Assembly (NCBI GenBank): GCA_951406725.2
Contig: OX597839.1
Coordinates: 8,556,001 to 8,620,000 of the forward strand
Origin: Octopus vulgaris
Lineage: Eukaryota
Reading direction: 5' to 3'
DNA: 64,000 nt
The notes under the pieces: model-generated
Seen by the model: the letters and a program-made list of their open reading frames with translations, nothing else
What the model was told of the DNA's origin: nothing
Database searches by the model: none
Position numbers and translations under genes: made by a program
Part shown: positions 12,763-26,623 of the stretch, piece after piece
How positions within the stretch are numbered: position 1 is the stretch's first letter
Layout: the number at the start of each line of letters is the position of its first letter

Positions 12763-13341
12763 GGCGGCGAGCTGGCGGAAACCTTAGCAGGCCTGGCGAA
12801 ATGCTTAGCAGTATTTCGTCTGCCGCTACGTTCTGAGTTCAAATTCCGGCGAGGTCGACTTTGCCTTTCATCCTTTCGGGGTCGACTAAATAATTACCAG
12901 TTACGCACAGGAGTCGATATAATCGACTTAATCCGTTTGTCTGTCCTCTCTGTGTTTAGCTCCTTGTGGGTAGTAAAGAAATAGGTATTTCGTCTGCCGT
13001 TACGTTCTGAGTTCAAATTCCACCGAGGTCGACTTTGCCATTCATCCTTTCGGGGTCGACTAAATAAGTACCAGTTACGCACAGGAGTCGATATAATCGA
13101 CTTAATCCGTTTGTCTGTCCTCTCTGTGTTTAGCTCCTTGTGGGTAGTAAAGAAATAGGTATTTCGTTTGCCGTTACGTTCTGAGTTCAAATTCCACCGA
13201 GGTCGACTTTGCCTTTCGTCCTTTCGGGGTCGACTAAATAAGTACCAGTTACGCACCGGGGTCGATCTAATCGACTTAATACCTTTGTCTGTCCTTGTTT
13301 GTCCCCTCTATGTTTAGCCCCTTGTGGGTAATAAAGAAATA
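12763..13341 (+). mobile_element. SINE-B trimer
   Basis: One head plus three ~174-183 bp bodies; TSD AGTAATACTA(C/T)TAA (12749-12762, 13342-13355). Confidence 0.88.
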
Positions 13342-14204
13342 AGTAATACTATTAAATGGTACAACCAAAACAATAATAAGTACAACAGTTTACCGAAACA
13401 AGCGAAAAAAGATTCTACACAAGGAACAAAATCGACTTAAAGTATCAGCGGCAAAATGTCCATAGGTTTTCTGTGTGTGTGTGTGTGTGGATGTCTGTGT
13501 GTGTGTGTGGATGTGTGTGTGTGTGTGTGTATGTCAGTGTATATAGATGTGCGAGTGCGTTTATATTCATGTATGTGTAACAAAGGTTCTGTATGTGTGG
13601 GTGGCGTAAAAATCGAATTTAGTGTTGGTATATTAAAGACCGCGAGTTTGTGAAGTGTCACTGAAAATGCCAAAATACTCCACTTAACCAAATACATAAA
13701 CTATCAGCCAAGGAGTTTACATTCTTCATTAAAAGAAAATGAAGAAAGTTGGAGACAGAAGACAAACATAAATAAAATGTAATACGGGAACGAAACAAAA
13801 TGGATTCTTAACTTAGTTTTTTAAAAAAAAAACTGACAAATATAAATTGACATGATTAGTTTAACAGACGTGAGAAATAATTTAAGAATATATACGCGCG
13901 CACACACACATACATGCGCGTGTATATTTGTAGATAAACAGACATACACCCATATATATATGAATATATACACGCACATACGTATGGCCGCAATCCTGCC
14001 TAAAACAAGTTATAAGTAAATTTGGGTTCAAGGATATTTGTATGTATTTGTGTGTGAGGGCGGCCAAGTTAGTTTTCTTCTTTTTTATGGTATCTTTCTT
14101 TTATTGTTTTAACAAGGAAAACCAAATCCTTAAAATGCCCCCCAAAACTTCGATGATAGATCTCTTCGCGCATCTAGCAAACAAACATTAACAAAGAAAT
14201 ATAT

Positions 14205-14213
14205 ATATATATG

Positions 14214-14267
<54 letters not shown>

Positions 14268-14306
14268 CACATATATATATATATGTATATATACATATAT
14301 ATATAT

Positions 14307-14387
<81 letters not shown>

Positions 14388-14452
14388 CACACACACATAT
14401 ATATATATGTATATACCTATATATATGTATATACATGTATATATGTATATAC

Positions 14453-14489
<37 letters not shown>

Positions 14490-14568
14490 CATATATATAC
14501 ATATATATATATACATATATATATATACATATACATATATATATATACATATACATATATATATATAC

Positions 14569-14605
<37 letters not shown>

Positions 14606-14625
14606 TATACATATACACACACACA

Positions 14626-14657
<32 letters not shown>

Positions 14658-14877
14658 CATATACATATACATATATTTATATACATATACACATATATAC
14701 ATATATATATACATATACACAGATATACATATACTCATATATGACACATACATAGATACACATATACGAATATATATATACACATACATATACACACATA
14801 TATATACACACATATATATATACACATATATAGACATATATATATACACGTATATATACATATATACACATATATAG

Positions 14878-14942
<65 letters not shown>

Positions 14943-14990
14943 CGCGCACACACACACGCACTCACATATATATATATATACAAATCAACA
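14205..14990. repeat. Compound (TA)n/(CA)n microsatellite
   Basis: Direct reading. Confidence 0.95.
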
Positions 14991-16005
14991 AGGACAACAT
15001 CCAGCAAAAATATTTACATAACCACATACGCACACTCTTATTCAATGTCCCTATATTTTCATATACACGTAGGGCTCTAAAATTCCCATACGTACATATA
15101 TATACATATAAGCGCATTTGTGTGTTTGTGTATACTATGTATATATGTAGACGTGCATAACATTCATATAATCATTTTCGCAGTGCGTATGTTCGACCTT
15201 GTACGTAGGGACCAAAACGGGATTTCTTGTGTGTAGGTTACTATGTATATATTAAAAACTAGATTTATACAGAAACACTTCTTTATTTCACTCTAAAAAT
15301 AACTGACACTTATTGACATAAAATATTTTAATGAAGGCTCACTTTTCAGAGCACACCACACACGCGCGTGCACCCCTACATCCACTCACGCACCCATTCG
15401 CAGACATCAGCGTAAAAGACATTGAGATACAAATATGCGTGTGTTTTTTCAGGTTTTTTTATTATTATTATTATTATTTAAAGTCTTCCTGTAACAAAGA
15501 TACAAAGCTCTCCAATGCTTGAATGTTGATAAAAACAACGTCACATTTTAAACTTGAGAAAAGTCTTACATTTTTTAACTGTTCCGCTTACAAATTGTGC
15601 TTGTAATGTACGAAGCAGTTGGTTGATTTTTTGGAAAGACTTCCTCCCGTCCACCCACCAACGCCATTTTCTCACAAATTATTTTTTCTTTAATTTTTTT
15701 TTTCCCAAAAACCCACATTTTTGGATACGGAGATTCCGGAAAATTGGCAAAAATCGGAATTTTAAAATTTTTTGTCCCCCACCCACCCCACACCAATTTC
15801 TTTATTTTTCACTTTTTTCCGTAGACCTAACCCTAAAACCCTTAAACCCCTAACCCTAAGTAGAAAAATTTTTGGAAATTTTTTTCAGAATCATAATCTT
15901 CGTATTTTTCCGTATATTTTGACTTCGGTGTTATTTGAACACAAAACGTAAAGACGGATAAGAATTTTGACAGGGGTGCTAACGGTTCTGCCAGCCCGCT
16001 ATCCT

Positions 16006-16296
16006 AGAGCCAGAAGAAATGCCGCTAAGCATTTTGTTTGACGCGCCAACGATTCCGCTACCTTCACAAACTTTATTAATCCTTTCTACTATTGGCACAC
16101 GGCCTGAAATTTTGAGGCGAGTCGATCACATCGCCCCAGTGCTCGACTGGTACTTATTTTATCGACCCGGAAAGCAAAAAAGACAAAGTCGATCTTGGTG
16201 GTATTTGAACTCAGAATGTGAAGAGCCAGAAGAAATGTCACCAAGCATTTTGTTCGACGCACTAACGATTCTACCACCTTCAAAAACTTTATTAAT
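16006..16296 (-). mobile_element. Degenerate SINE-B-related copy with ~75-bp direct duplication
   Basis: 16006-16080 is repeated at ~16223-16296, with the SINE-B central domain in between. Confidence 0.6.
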
Positions 16297-16378
16297 GCCA
16301 ACACAATAGACAGACATTTTATCATTCAATCACTCTTTTTCTCCCTCCCACTCATCTCTTTCCCTTTCTTCTCATCCA

Positions 16379-16413
<35 letters not shown>

Positions 16414-16423
16414 CTCTTTATCT

Positions 16424-16577
16424 GCCTTTAGTCGAGCAAATCGACCCCAGGACTTATTCTTTGTAAGCGTAGTACTTATTCTATCGGTCTCTTATGCCGA
16501 AATGCTAAGTTACGGGGACGTAAACACACCAACATACACACATAAACATATATACACGCATACATATAGATAGATAA

Positions 16578-16646
<69 letters not shown>

Positions 16647-16811
16647 CATACGACGGGCTTCTTTCAGTTTCCGTCCACCAAATTCACTCACAAGGCTTTG
16701 GTCGGCCCGAGGCTATAGTAGAAGACACTTGCCCAAGGTGCCACGCAGTGAGACTGAACCCAGAACCGTGTGGTTGCTTAGCAAGCTACTTCCCACACAG
16801 CCACTCTTGCG

Positions 16812-16812
<1 letters not shown>
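16424..16812 (-). mobile_element. SINE-A with internal (GATA)n
   Basis: Match to the SINE-A consensus, tail truncated. Confidence 0.82.
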
Positions 16813-16875
<63 letters not shown>

Positions 16876-17149
16876 CTTGTTCGATCTTCCCTCATTCTCT
16901 CTCTAAAAGTAAACACAATAAAGAGGGTTGACACGAAAGAATTAAAAAATACATGATTGGTACTTTATGTTATCGACCCCGTAAAGATGAAAGGCATATT
17001 CGACCTCGATGGAATTTGAACTCACAGCGTAAAGGGGCTCTAATTAAATACGGCAAGGTATTTTTTGCCCGCCTAACGCTCTTCCGATTCTGCCATTTCA
17101 CCTATAGTATTAACATTTTTTTGACTTGGCTGTGGTGGTGGTAGCGGAG

Positions 17150-17396
17150 GATGAGGAGGAGGAGGAGGAGGAAGAAGAAGAAGAAGAAGAAGAAGAAGAA
17201 GAAGAAGAAGAAGAAGAAGAAGAAGAAGAAGAAGAAGAAGAAGAAGAAGAAGAAGAAGAAAAAGAAAAAGAAGAAGAAGAAGAAGAAGAAGAAGAAGAAG
17301 AAGAAGAAGGCGGAGATGGCATAAAGGTGAGCAGATATTAAGTTTAGGGCGAGAGAGAGAAAGAGAGAGACTTAGACAAAAACAGAGACAGCGAGG

Positions 17397-17460
<64 letters not shown>

Positions 17461-18205
17461 CAGCAAGAGAGAGAGAGAACAAGTAGTTGATATGAGTCAT
17501 AAGAGGGAATTTCGAATACTTCAATCGTATAATTCTTTCGTTTATCCCACGAGTGTGTGTGTGTGTGTGTGGTATTCTGGGAGGAGGGGTAGTTAGAAGT
17601 TGTAGTTATGATGTGGGTGGTTGTGGTGGTGGTGATGATAGTGATGATAGGGGGTGGTGAGTACCGAATGGTGGTAATGGTAGTGGTGGTGGTGGTGATG
17701 GTGGTGATGGTATTAACAGTAAGAGGTGGTGTTGATGGTAGTGCTAAAGAGTGTGGAGTGATGACGTATAAGGTGGTGGTAGAAGTGGTATATATATTAT
17801 TTTTATTATTGTTTTTGTGTTTGGTGATGATGGTGGTGGTGGTAGAATTGTAGAAGGTGGATGAAGTGTTGTTGTTCTTGTTGCTGGTGGTGGATATGGT
17901 GTCTTGTCGATGGTAATATTGGTGAAGTGTAAAGATGTATTGGGTGGTGTGGTAGAGGTGGTGATAGTGGTGGTTGTGGTGGTAGTGCTGGTGGTGGTGG
18001 TTGTGATGGTAGTGGTGGTGGTGGTGGCAGTGGTTATGGTAGTAGTGGTGGTGGTGATAGTTGTCGTGGTGGTGGCGGTGTGGTGGAGGTGATTGTGATG
18101 GTGGTGGTGGTAGTGGTGGTAGTTGTGGTGACAGTTGTGGTGGTGGTGTTGGTATAGGTGGTGGTAATGGTGGTGGTGGTGGTAGTGGTGGTTGTAGTGG
18201 TAGCA
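17150..18205. repeat. (GAA)n, (GA)n and degenerate (GGT)n low-complexity tract
   Basis: Direct reading. Confidence 0.9.
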
Positions 18206-18213
18206 AGGTACTC

Positions 18214-18244
<31 letters not shown>

Positions 18245-19397
18245 TTGTGTGCGGATGATGTAAGTGCTCGCCTTTCCGTGAATTAAAGTTGCATAGAAAA
18301 GCTTACAGAAGTCGAAGTGAAATGTGAGATGAAGGAGGGAAAGGAGGAGAAAGTTTGGAAGGAGTAGTGGTGAGAGGAGTTACATATGAGTGAATTATCG
18401 AACCAGAGACGGGTGGGATCGAAGGGGCGGTAAGAGTAGTTAAATATAAGAGAGTGGGAAAGAAGAGGTACACAACGTGGAAGTAGCAGATTGGAGGCCA
18501 TAGTGTGTGCCTGTTTCGTGTTTGTGTATGTGCATACATAAATATATGTATGTGTGTATATTTGGATATATATATTTATATATGCGTGTGTGTACGTGTC
18601 TGTGAATGTGCATGTATGTATGTATGTATGTATGTATATATGTGTAGGTGTGCGTGTCTATGAATGCGCATGCATGTATGTGTGTGAATGTCTGTGAATG
18701 TGTGTGTATGTATATATGCGTGTGTGTACGTGTCTGTAAATGTGCATGCATGTATGTGTGTGAATGTCTGTGAATGTGTGTATGTATACATGTGTGGGTG
18801 TGTCTGTGTGTTATGTTAGTATATGTATGTGATGATTGGACGGATGATTGGATGAGAAGCGGGAGGGGAGGAAGAAGGTAAGAAACGAGCAAATGGCGAA
18901 TCGGTGACGGGTGGGGAGGAGAGGGTGTGAGTTGACTGGAGGTTTAGCAAGAGGTGCGGGGTTGGGTAGAGGTGTTGTCGTTATTAACCCTCACACAAGA
19001 AACAATTTCACTGACCAGTAACGATTGAAGGACCTGCTGTAGACGGTCGGTCAGTATCAGCGCTTATCTCGCTTTCAATAGCCACCTTCCTCGCACTTGA
19101 CCCTTGCTTTTCTCCGCTCTCTTCTCTTTCCACAAACACCACCACCACCGCCACCGCCACCACCACCGCCACCATCACCGTTCTCACCCTCTTTCACTTC
19201 TTTCTTTCATTCCACTTCATCGAGGGACCCGAGCAACTCACTACCACTGTTCAAACACCGCATCACCGTTCACACATAGACACATATACGTACACACATA
19301 TATACACACACCTTTCCTGCAATCTGACACTGATTTGAATTCAGATCTGTCTATCGATCTAATATCTATCTATCTATCTATCCTTCTCTTTATTTAC

Positions 19398-19496
<99 letters not shown>

Positions 19497-19606
19497 GCCA
19501 TATATCGATACATCTATATGTCTGTCAATTTGCCTACATGTTTGTCTGCCAATCTATTCTATCGGTTTGCCATACAAATACACATACACACAGACACACA
19601 CACACA

Positions 19607-19647
<41 letters not shown>

Positions 19648-19869
19648 CAACAACATCACAACACACCACCCACACACTCATCTCCGCATTTTCACACCTA
19701 AACATACATACACGCACACGTCCAGACCACCAGCCCTCTTTCACACGCACATACATACTCTCTTATACACACACGCACCTTCGTGTTGGGGGGTCATCTT
19801 TACTTTGTTATCTCCCCTACTTTCCCTCTCGTGTGTGACCCTTCTGTCCGAGTCAGTCGCCATGATAGA

Positions 19870-20035
19870 TCGTTAGCCACTACACACATTTTTTTTTCTC
19901 TCCTTGTTTTTTCTGTGTCCCTTTCTGTAGAAGAGCGTAGGCTCGAAACGTAAAATACTTTTTCTATTCCTGAATACATCTGTTTGTTTTGTACACCACC
20001 TGTCTTCGTCTTTTGTTTTTTTTCGTAAACTCTCC
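19870..20035 (+). mobile_element. ~170-bp Penelope-like short repeat with variant hammerhead (CTGTAGA core), copy 1
   Basis: cttt-CTGTAGA-a-GAGC-gtag-GCTC-GAAA-CG-T-A-aaa at 19921-19956. Near-identical copies at 22967 and 56717. Confidence 0.7.
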
Positions 20036-20058
20036 CCAATACATACATACATATTCAC

Positions 20059-20123
<65 letters not shown>

Positions 20124-20378
20124 GAGACAGATATATGTCTATCTGTCTGCTTACCTGTCTGCCAGGCAACTGCACTTGTGTATCTACCTATCTATCTATT
20201 TATCTCTCTGTCTATTTGTTTATATCTGCCTCTCATCTCACAACCTCTTCCTTCCTTCTTTACCACATCTTCCTCCTCCTTTCCTAGCGAGTCACATCTC
20301 AACTATCACCATCGTTTATCAACACTAGGACACACTGAATAACGCAATGCAGCTCCACATGCACATAGGACAAAACGA

Positions 20379-20835
20379 GGATCTTTTCGCTTTGACCGGC
20401 AGATTTTTAAAATAATTTCTGGCGGTGTCATGTGAAACTGTCACCCATAATTATGACCTTAGTATCGATCTGTTTTAGGGTTAGGGTCAGAGTTAGGGTT
20501 AGTTAGGGTTGGTTAGGGTGAGGGTTAGGGTTAGGGGTGGAGGGAAGGGTGTATTTTTTCCTCAGAAATGTAAATAAACCCAATCTGTTTCTTAAACGAG
20601 GGACATTTTCATATGACACCGCCAGGAAATTTTTATGTCAGAGAATGTTTTCACCTCAATAGACGTCATTGATTGGTTGAAATTGAAGAAAATATCTTAC
20701 AAATTGCAGTATTTTCTCAATAAAGCCAAGAGAAAATGATGTTTTATAAACACATTCTACCAGTATACGAAGTTTAAAAGTGTTTAGTTAGGTGGAAATT
20801 ATTTTTAAAAACTGCCGGTCAAACCGAAAAGATCC
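20379..20835 (+). mobile_element. GGATC MITE, copy 2 (variant, expanded TTAGGG tract)
   Basis: TIRs present, no clean TSD. Confidence 0.85.
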
Positions 20836-21105
20836 CAACTGTCTTCTAAGACGTGATGGTGGAATTTGAGGAAAAGTTGGCTGCTGTTTCTAACAGATCG
20901 AATTACTATATAAAGACTAAATCGTTGGGCTAAGATTTCGCAGCTGGAAGAGAACAGGGGACAGGTTGTGATCTTTGACGAAGTTTAATGTTCCTTTTCC
21001 AGAAATTGGCACCAGTAAAACAAACTGATATGAGCGGATGCATGTATTCTGTGGATATATGTCAGTTTATGCGTGTGCAATCCAATGCGGCTATATGGGT
21101 GCACA

Positions 21106-21142
<37 letters not shown>

Positions 21143-21693
21143 AAAAGAGAGAATGAGAGGGAGCGTACGTGTGTGAGTAAGCGCCTGTTAAATGTATCCT
21201 TGGAAATTATTCGGTGAATGTGAATACGTGTGTAATTACTCTACGTAGTAATAACGGATTTAGCATTTAAATGTGTATTTTGCGTTAATATGTACGCGTA
21301 TATATATATATATATATGTGTGTATGCCTACGTGGGACTAGTATATGTGAGTGAGCGTGTGTGTGTATAGGCGTGTTAATGTACATATATATGTGATTGT
21401 AAAGACATACAACCTATATACGTATTCATGCATGAACATGTATGTGTGCGTGTGCATGTGTGTGTGTATATATATATGTATGGATGTATCTATGTATGTG
21501 TGCATAAAGGACACGCTATGACATAAATTGTAAATAAAAGTTCAAAGTTGTCTCCCGTCATCTGCAAATGACGACATTATCGGACTTGTTATCTCCCTAT
21601 GGAAATAACTTATGAAATATTGAGATTATTAAAACGAAGTTTATTATAGTAGAAACCATTACTTATACACACACACACACATATATATATATC

Positions 21694-21753
<60 letters not shown>

Positions 21754-22211
21754 ATACCCATGCAAACACATACATATATATACGTGTGCGTGTCTGTACA
21801 AACATATATATATATGTATACGCGAGCCCGCACACACACACACGCACACATATACATATATACGTGAGAGAGAGAGAGTGGGAGACAGAGAGAGAGAGAG
21901 AAAGTATGTGTGTGTGTATGTGTGAGTGTGTGTGTGTGTGTGTATGTGTGTGTGTGTTTGTCATTTAGTAACAATATTAGTCGCTATCAAAATTTAATCA
22001 GGACAACTACAAGTACGTGTATATATATATAAATATATATATATATATACACATCTATACATATACATATATATTTATAAAGCACATATATGCATTAATA
22101 TATATTCAAATAAATGCATATACATACATATATATATTTATAAATGTGTGGATAGATAGATAGATATATAGATAGATAGATAAATCGACAGATAAGATAG
22201 ATAGATAGATT

Positions 22212-22275
<64 letters not shown>

Positions 22276-22276
22276 G

Positions 22277-22345
<69 letters not shown>

Positions 22346-22966
22346 TAAATCAATGTTTGTATGAGTATGCAAGTATATATTTGAATTTATGTACGTATAT
22401 GTATGTATATATGTATGTATGTATGTATGTATGCAAATACACACACATACACAATGAAGAATTTTTGTGTTTTAACTTCGATATGTAACATATGTGTCTA
22501 TGTGTGTATATATTATGTGTGTGTGTGTGTGTGTGTTATCGAGAGACATAGAGAAGCAGACAGCGAGTCAAAATGACAAGCAGACAAAGAGTCACACGTC
22601 TTATAAGAGAATGTTTATGTGTGCTTTTTGACACGCACATGCACATACATAAACGCAAACATAAACACACACACACACACACACGTAGATACGCCTAATT
22701 CTAAAGTATCATACATTTATGTATTTTCCCTAAACCCAGTTTTATAGCGAAAGGTGGCATGTTGTAAAAGGTCGGGCGGAGTATAATATAAATTACTTCT
22801 AAAAATAAAATTAATTGGTTATTATGATTTTGTTCTGATTTAGAAAACTCAAGGAAGATAAGCTGCGAACTTAACTCAGTAGCTATGAAATACGTTTCTC
22901 TAACCACGTAGTTCAGGTTCGATCTCACTACGACTTTTGGTATATATATATATATATACACATATA

Positions 22967-23142
22967 GGAAGAGTTTACGAGAAAAACAAAAGACGAAGAC
23001 AGGTGGTGTACAAAACAAACAGATGTATTAGTATAACGCTCAGGAATAGAAAAAGTCTTTTACGTGTCGAGCCTACGCTCTTCTACAGAAAGGGACACAG
23101 AAAAAACAAGGAGAGAAAAAAATGTGTGTAGTGGCTAACGAT
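22967..23142 (-). mobile_element. Variant-hammerhead short repeat, copy 2
   Basis: Reverse complement of 19870-20035, with GAAA mutated to GACA. Confidence 0.7.
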
Positions 23143-23178
23143 ATATATAAATATTTACATCTATCTTTCTATCCACAC

Positions 23179-23221
<43 letters not shown>

Positions 23222-23611
23222 TGAGGGTACTACTATTCGTAGATACCAACACGCTAAGAGGGACCAATGCGGTCAAAACTACTAAAAATAAACAAAATTT
23301 TACCGAATGCAAAACTTCAAAACACATCATTTTAAAAAAGAATTCAGTTACATATCACATGTGATTTCGCATTTAATGCAGAATATGCATTTCATGTTCA
23401 TCAGTGCAACAAACTCAAGAAATATAAAAGAAAACATAACATTACAAGCTCGATAGCCAACCGTAGAATTCGTCGTAGCATGTACGAATGTATATCTTTA
23501 CATATCTATGAAAATGGCGGGCTTATTCGCAATGCATTTCGGTACCAAATTGTCTAGTCGGAATAAAAATTCAGTATTGAACTATTCCGGTGAAAAATAT
23601 AAATTAACAAT

Positions 23612-24470
23612 TGTGGCTGTATGGTAAGAAGCTTGCTTCCCAACCACATGGTTCCGAGTTCAGTCTCACTGCGTGACACCTTGGGCAAGTGCCTCCTCCT
23701 ATAGACTCGAGCAGACCAAAACCTTGTGAATGGATTTGGTAGACGGAAACTGAAAGAAGTATATATATATTCTTTTTCTTTTATCTGTTTCAGGCTTTTG
23801 ACTGCGGCCATGCTGGAGCACCGCCTTTAGTCGAGCAATTCGACCCCAGGACTTATTCTTTGTAAGCCTATTACTTATTAAATCGGTATCATTTGCCGAA
23901 CCGCTAAGTTACGGGGACGTAAACACACCAACATTGGTTGTCAAGCTAGGGTGGAGGAGAAACACAGACACATGAACCTATATATATATATATATATAGA
24001 TATATATATATATATACGATGGACTTCTTTCAGTTTCCGTCTACCAAATCCACTCATAAGGCTTTGGTTGGCCCGAGGCTATAGAAAAAGACACTTGCCC
24101 AGGATGCTATGCATTGGGACTGAACCCGGAACCATGAGGTTGATAAGCAAGCTACTTACCACACAACCACTCTTGCGCCATTATATATGTGAGTGTGTGT
24201 GTATGTGTGTGTGTATTATGTATGCATGTATGTATCTGCGTGTGTCTTTGTGTCTGTGTTTATCATCCCAGCACCGCCTGACAACCGGTGGTGGTGAGTT
24301 AACGTCCACGTAACTTAGCGGTTCGGCGTAAGAAACCAATACTATAAGTGTATGCTTTAAAAAAATGAGTCCTGAGGTTGATTTGTTCGACTAAAACCCT
24401 TCAAGATGGTGCTCTAGCATGGCTGCTCTCAAATGACTGAAACAAATAAAAACAAACCAGAAGAATAAAA
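23612..24470 (+). mobile_element. SINE-A split by an antisense SINE-A
   Basis: The 5' half (23612-23760) and 3' half (~24240-24470) flank a full minus-strand copy. Confidence 0.75.
23771..24178 (-). mobile_element. SINE-A, full length, nested
   Basis: Match to the SINE-A consensus. Confidence 0.85.
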
Positions 24471-25035
24471 GGATATATATTCTACAAAAACTAAAGGAAT
24501 TCTCGAACGCAGGATAACTGTGAAGACAGCTTAAAAAATCAGGTAAATTCCATTTATAAGACGGGGGAAATGGTCAGAAAGCCTCTACCTCTTAAATTCC
24601 GGCTGAGCGATCTGTACCAATAAGGTTAGCAGTCCCTGACAACAAATACCGCCATTTTGGAATGCTAAGTGAGAGCTTTTGGAACGCAAGAACATTTTGT
24701 AAGCAAACATTATGTAAGCACCGAGTGGGTTGGTATTCGATAGAAAACAAAGGAATTCTAGAAAGGCAGACAGGCTGTGACACACACACACGACGGCTTG
24801 CATATTTATACTTAAAAACGTTCCCGCAGATTGGAACGCAAATATGTTCATAAGGGAAGGTTCACAGGAGAAAAAAAAATGCTGTAGCATTCAAACAGTT
24901 CCTGAACGACAATCTCCATCAAAACCCAGACAAACCACTTACTCCCGGATATATCTCTGGAAACAATAACTAGTTGCTCGATCGTGCTATGGTGCCCAAA
25001 GAATGATTGTAATAGAAAACATCATGAAATGTCTT

Positions 25036-25475
25036 GGATCTTTTCGGTTTGACCGGCAGTTTTTTTTTAAATAATTTCCACGTAACTAAACACTTTTAAA
25101 CTTCGTATACTGGTAGAATGTTTTATAAAACATCTTATTCTCTTGGCTTTATTGAGAAAATTCTATAATTTGTAAGATATTTGTTGTTGTTTTTCCTTCA
25201 ATTTCGGCAATTTCAACCAATCAATGACGTCTATTGAGGGGAAAACATTCTATGCCGTATGAATATGTCCCTCGTTTAAGAAACAGATTGGGTTTATTTA
25301 CATTTGTGAAGAAAAAAAGATACCCTTCCCCCCACCCCTAATCGTAACCCTAACCATAACTAACCCTAACTCTAAAACAGATTGAAATGCAATAGATCGA
25401 TACTAGGGTCATAATTATGGGTGACGATTTCATATGACACCGCTAGAAAAACTGCGGGTCAAACCGAAAAGACCC
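25036..25475 (-). mobile_element. GGATC MITE, copy 3
   Basis: TIRs; 8-bp TSD AATGTCTT. Confidence 0.92.
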
Positions 25476-26395
25476 AATGTCTTTTCCAGCCTATGCAGTT
25501 AAGTTATTGATGGTTAATACTGGCCGAAACATATCTAAATATGTATCTATAACAGTATTACTGCGTGAACATGCCCTTATATGTAAAACTATATATGCCT
25601 ATACAAACGAATTTCATAAGTTAATCCTGTAGTATATTTCAATTTTTCATATAGATTCATAATTTTAAATTAATTGATATAAATATAAACATTATTATTA
25701 TTATGTATGTTTATTTCTAAGTTCCATAAGTAGATTGGTACAAACGTAAGCGTACACATTAATGCGAATAAAAGATGTGTGGTATATGCGGGTGAATATA
25801 TGTAAGTATATACATATGTACGCACATTAGTGTGAATAAATAAATAAATAAATAAATATGTGTGTGTGTATGTATACATATATATATATAAATACAAAAT
25901 GAGACAAGAACGCAAAACATTCAAATAGACGATATAAAAACACGGACGAGACATTCGAAGCCTTCAATCTTCAGTCAAGAACCGGATCATCCTCGCAATT
26001 TCGGCTGATTAATCTTGAGATTGCTCCGATCTGGCCAGCCCCAAGGAAAAACTAAGCTACGAGCATTAGAGTTTTTTTAAAAAGGATCGAATGTATACGA
26101 AACAAGGACAGAAAAACGGACGATGTTACACGAATATAATTACAAAAGACAAAAAATAATACGAATATAAATAAAAAAAACAAAAAATAATACGAATATA
26201 AATACAAAAAACAATAATAATAATAATAATAGTATATATATATATATTCAAATATAAGGGGAAGCCACCAAGTGGTTAACTTACATGCTGAAAGTAGACG
26301 CCAAATTGTATAACCACGTAAAATGCGTTCTCATTTAACAGCGCGTTGGATGTACTCGTGCAAGACCCTATGAAAAGATATAAAAGGGCCAATTA

Positions 26396-26450
26396 ATTCC
26401 ACACTTCGAAGTTTCACCATTAATAGTTACACAATTATCTTCAATGGAAT
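26396..26450 (-). ncRNA. Degenerate hammerhead motif in a Penelope-like remnant (~26250-26530)
   Basis: ATTCCA-TTGAAGA-(weak stem II)-GAAA-CTTCGAAG-T-G-TGGAAT: perfect 6-bp stem I and palindromic stem III, but C3>T and H17=G. Confidence 0.5.
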
Positions 26451-26623
26451 CCCCTGGGGATACATAATGATAGAACTCGAAAACATACCATCTCGTGTAT
26501 AGAGTAACACCATTATACATCACGTGTTCAATTCAAATGCGCCAAGACATAATAAATCAGAAGTGAATAAAATTCAGCAGTTAACTACCCGACTCGAGAA
26601 CTAAAAGATTTTAAAATAAAGTA

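Noticed and set aside
15716-15920. Possible element with CCTAAC repeats and short ATACGGA/TCCGTAT inverted ends
   Set aside because: Single degenerate copy; termini and class cannot be established.
17073-18206. 377-aa Pro/His/Thr/Leu-rich ORF
   Set aside because: Read-through of (GGT)n, (GA)n and (GAA)n tracts with no domain signal.
20475-20537. Telomere or chromosome-fusion scar
   Set aside because: The TTAGGG units are internal to a MITE.
25945-25980. Hammerhead-like CTGAAGA..GAAT on the minus strand
   Set aside because: No GAAA and a weak stem II; at best a decayed PLE remnant.
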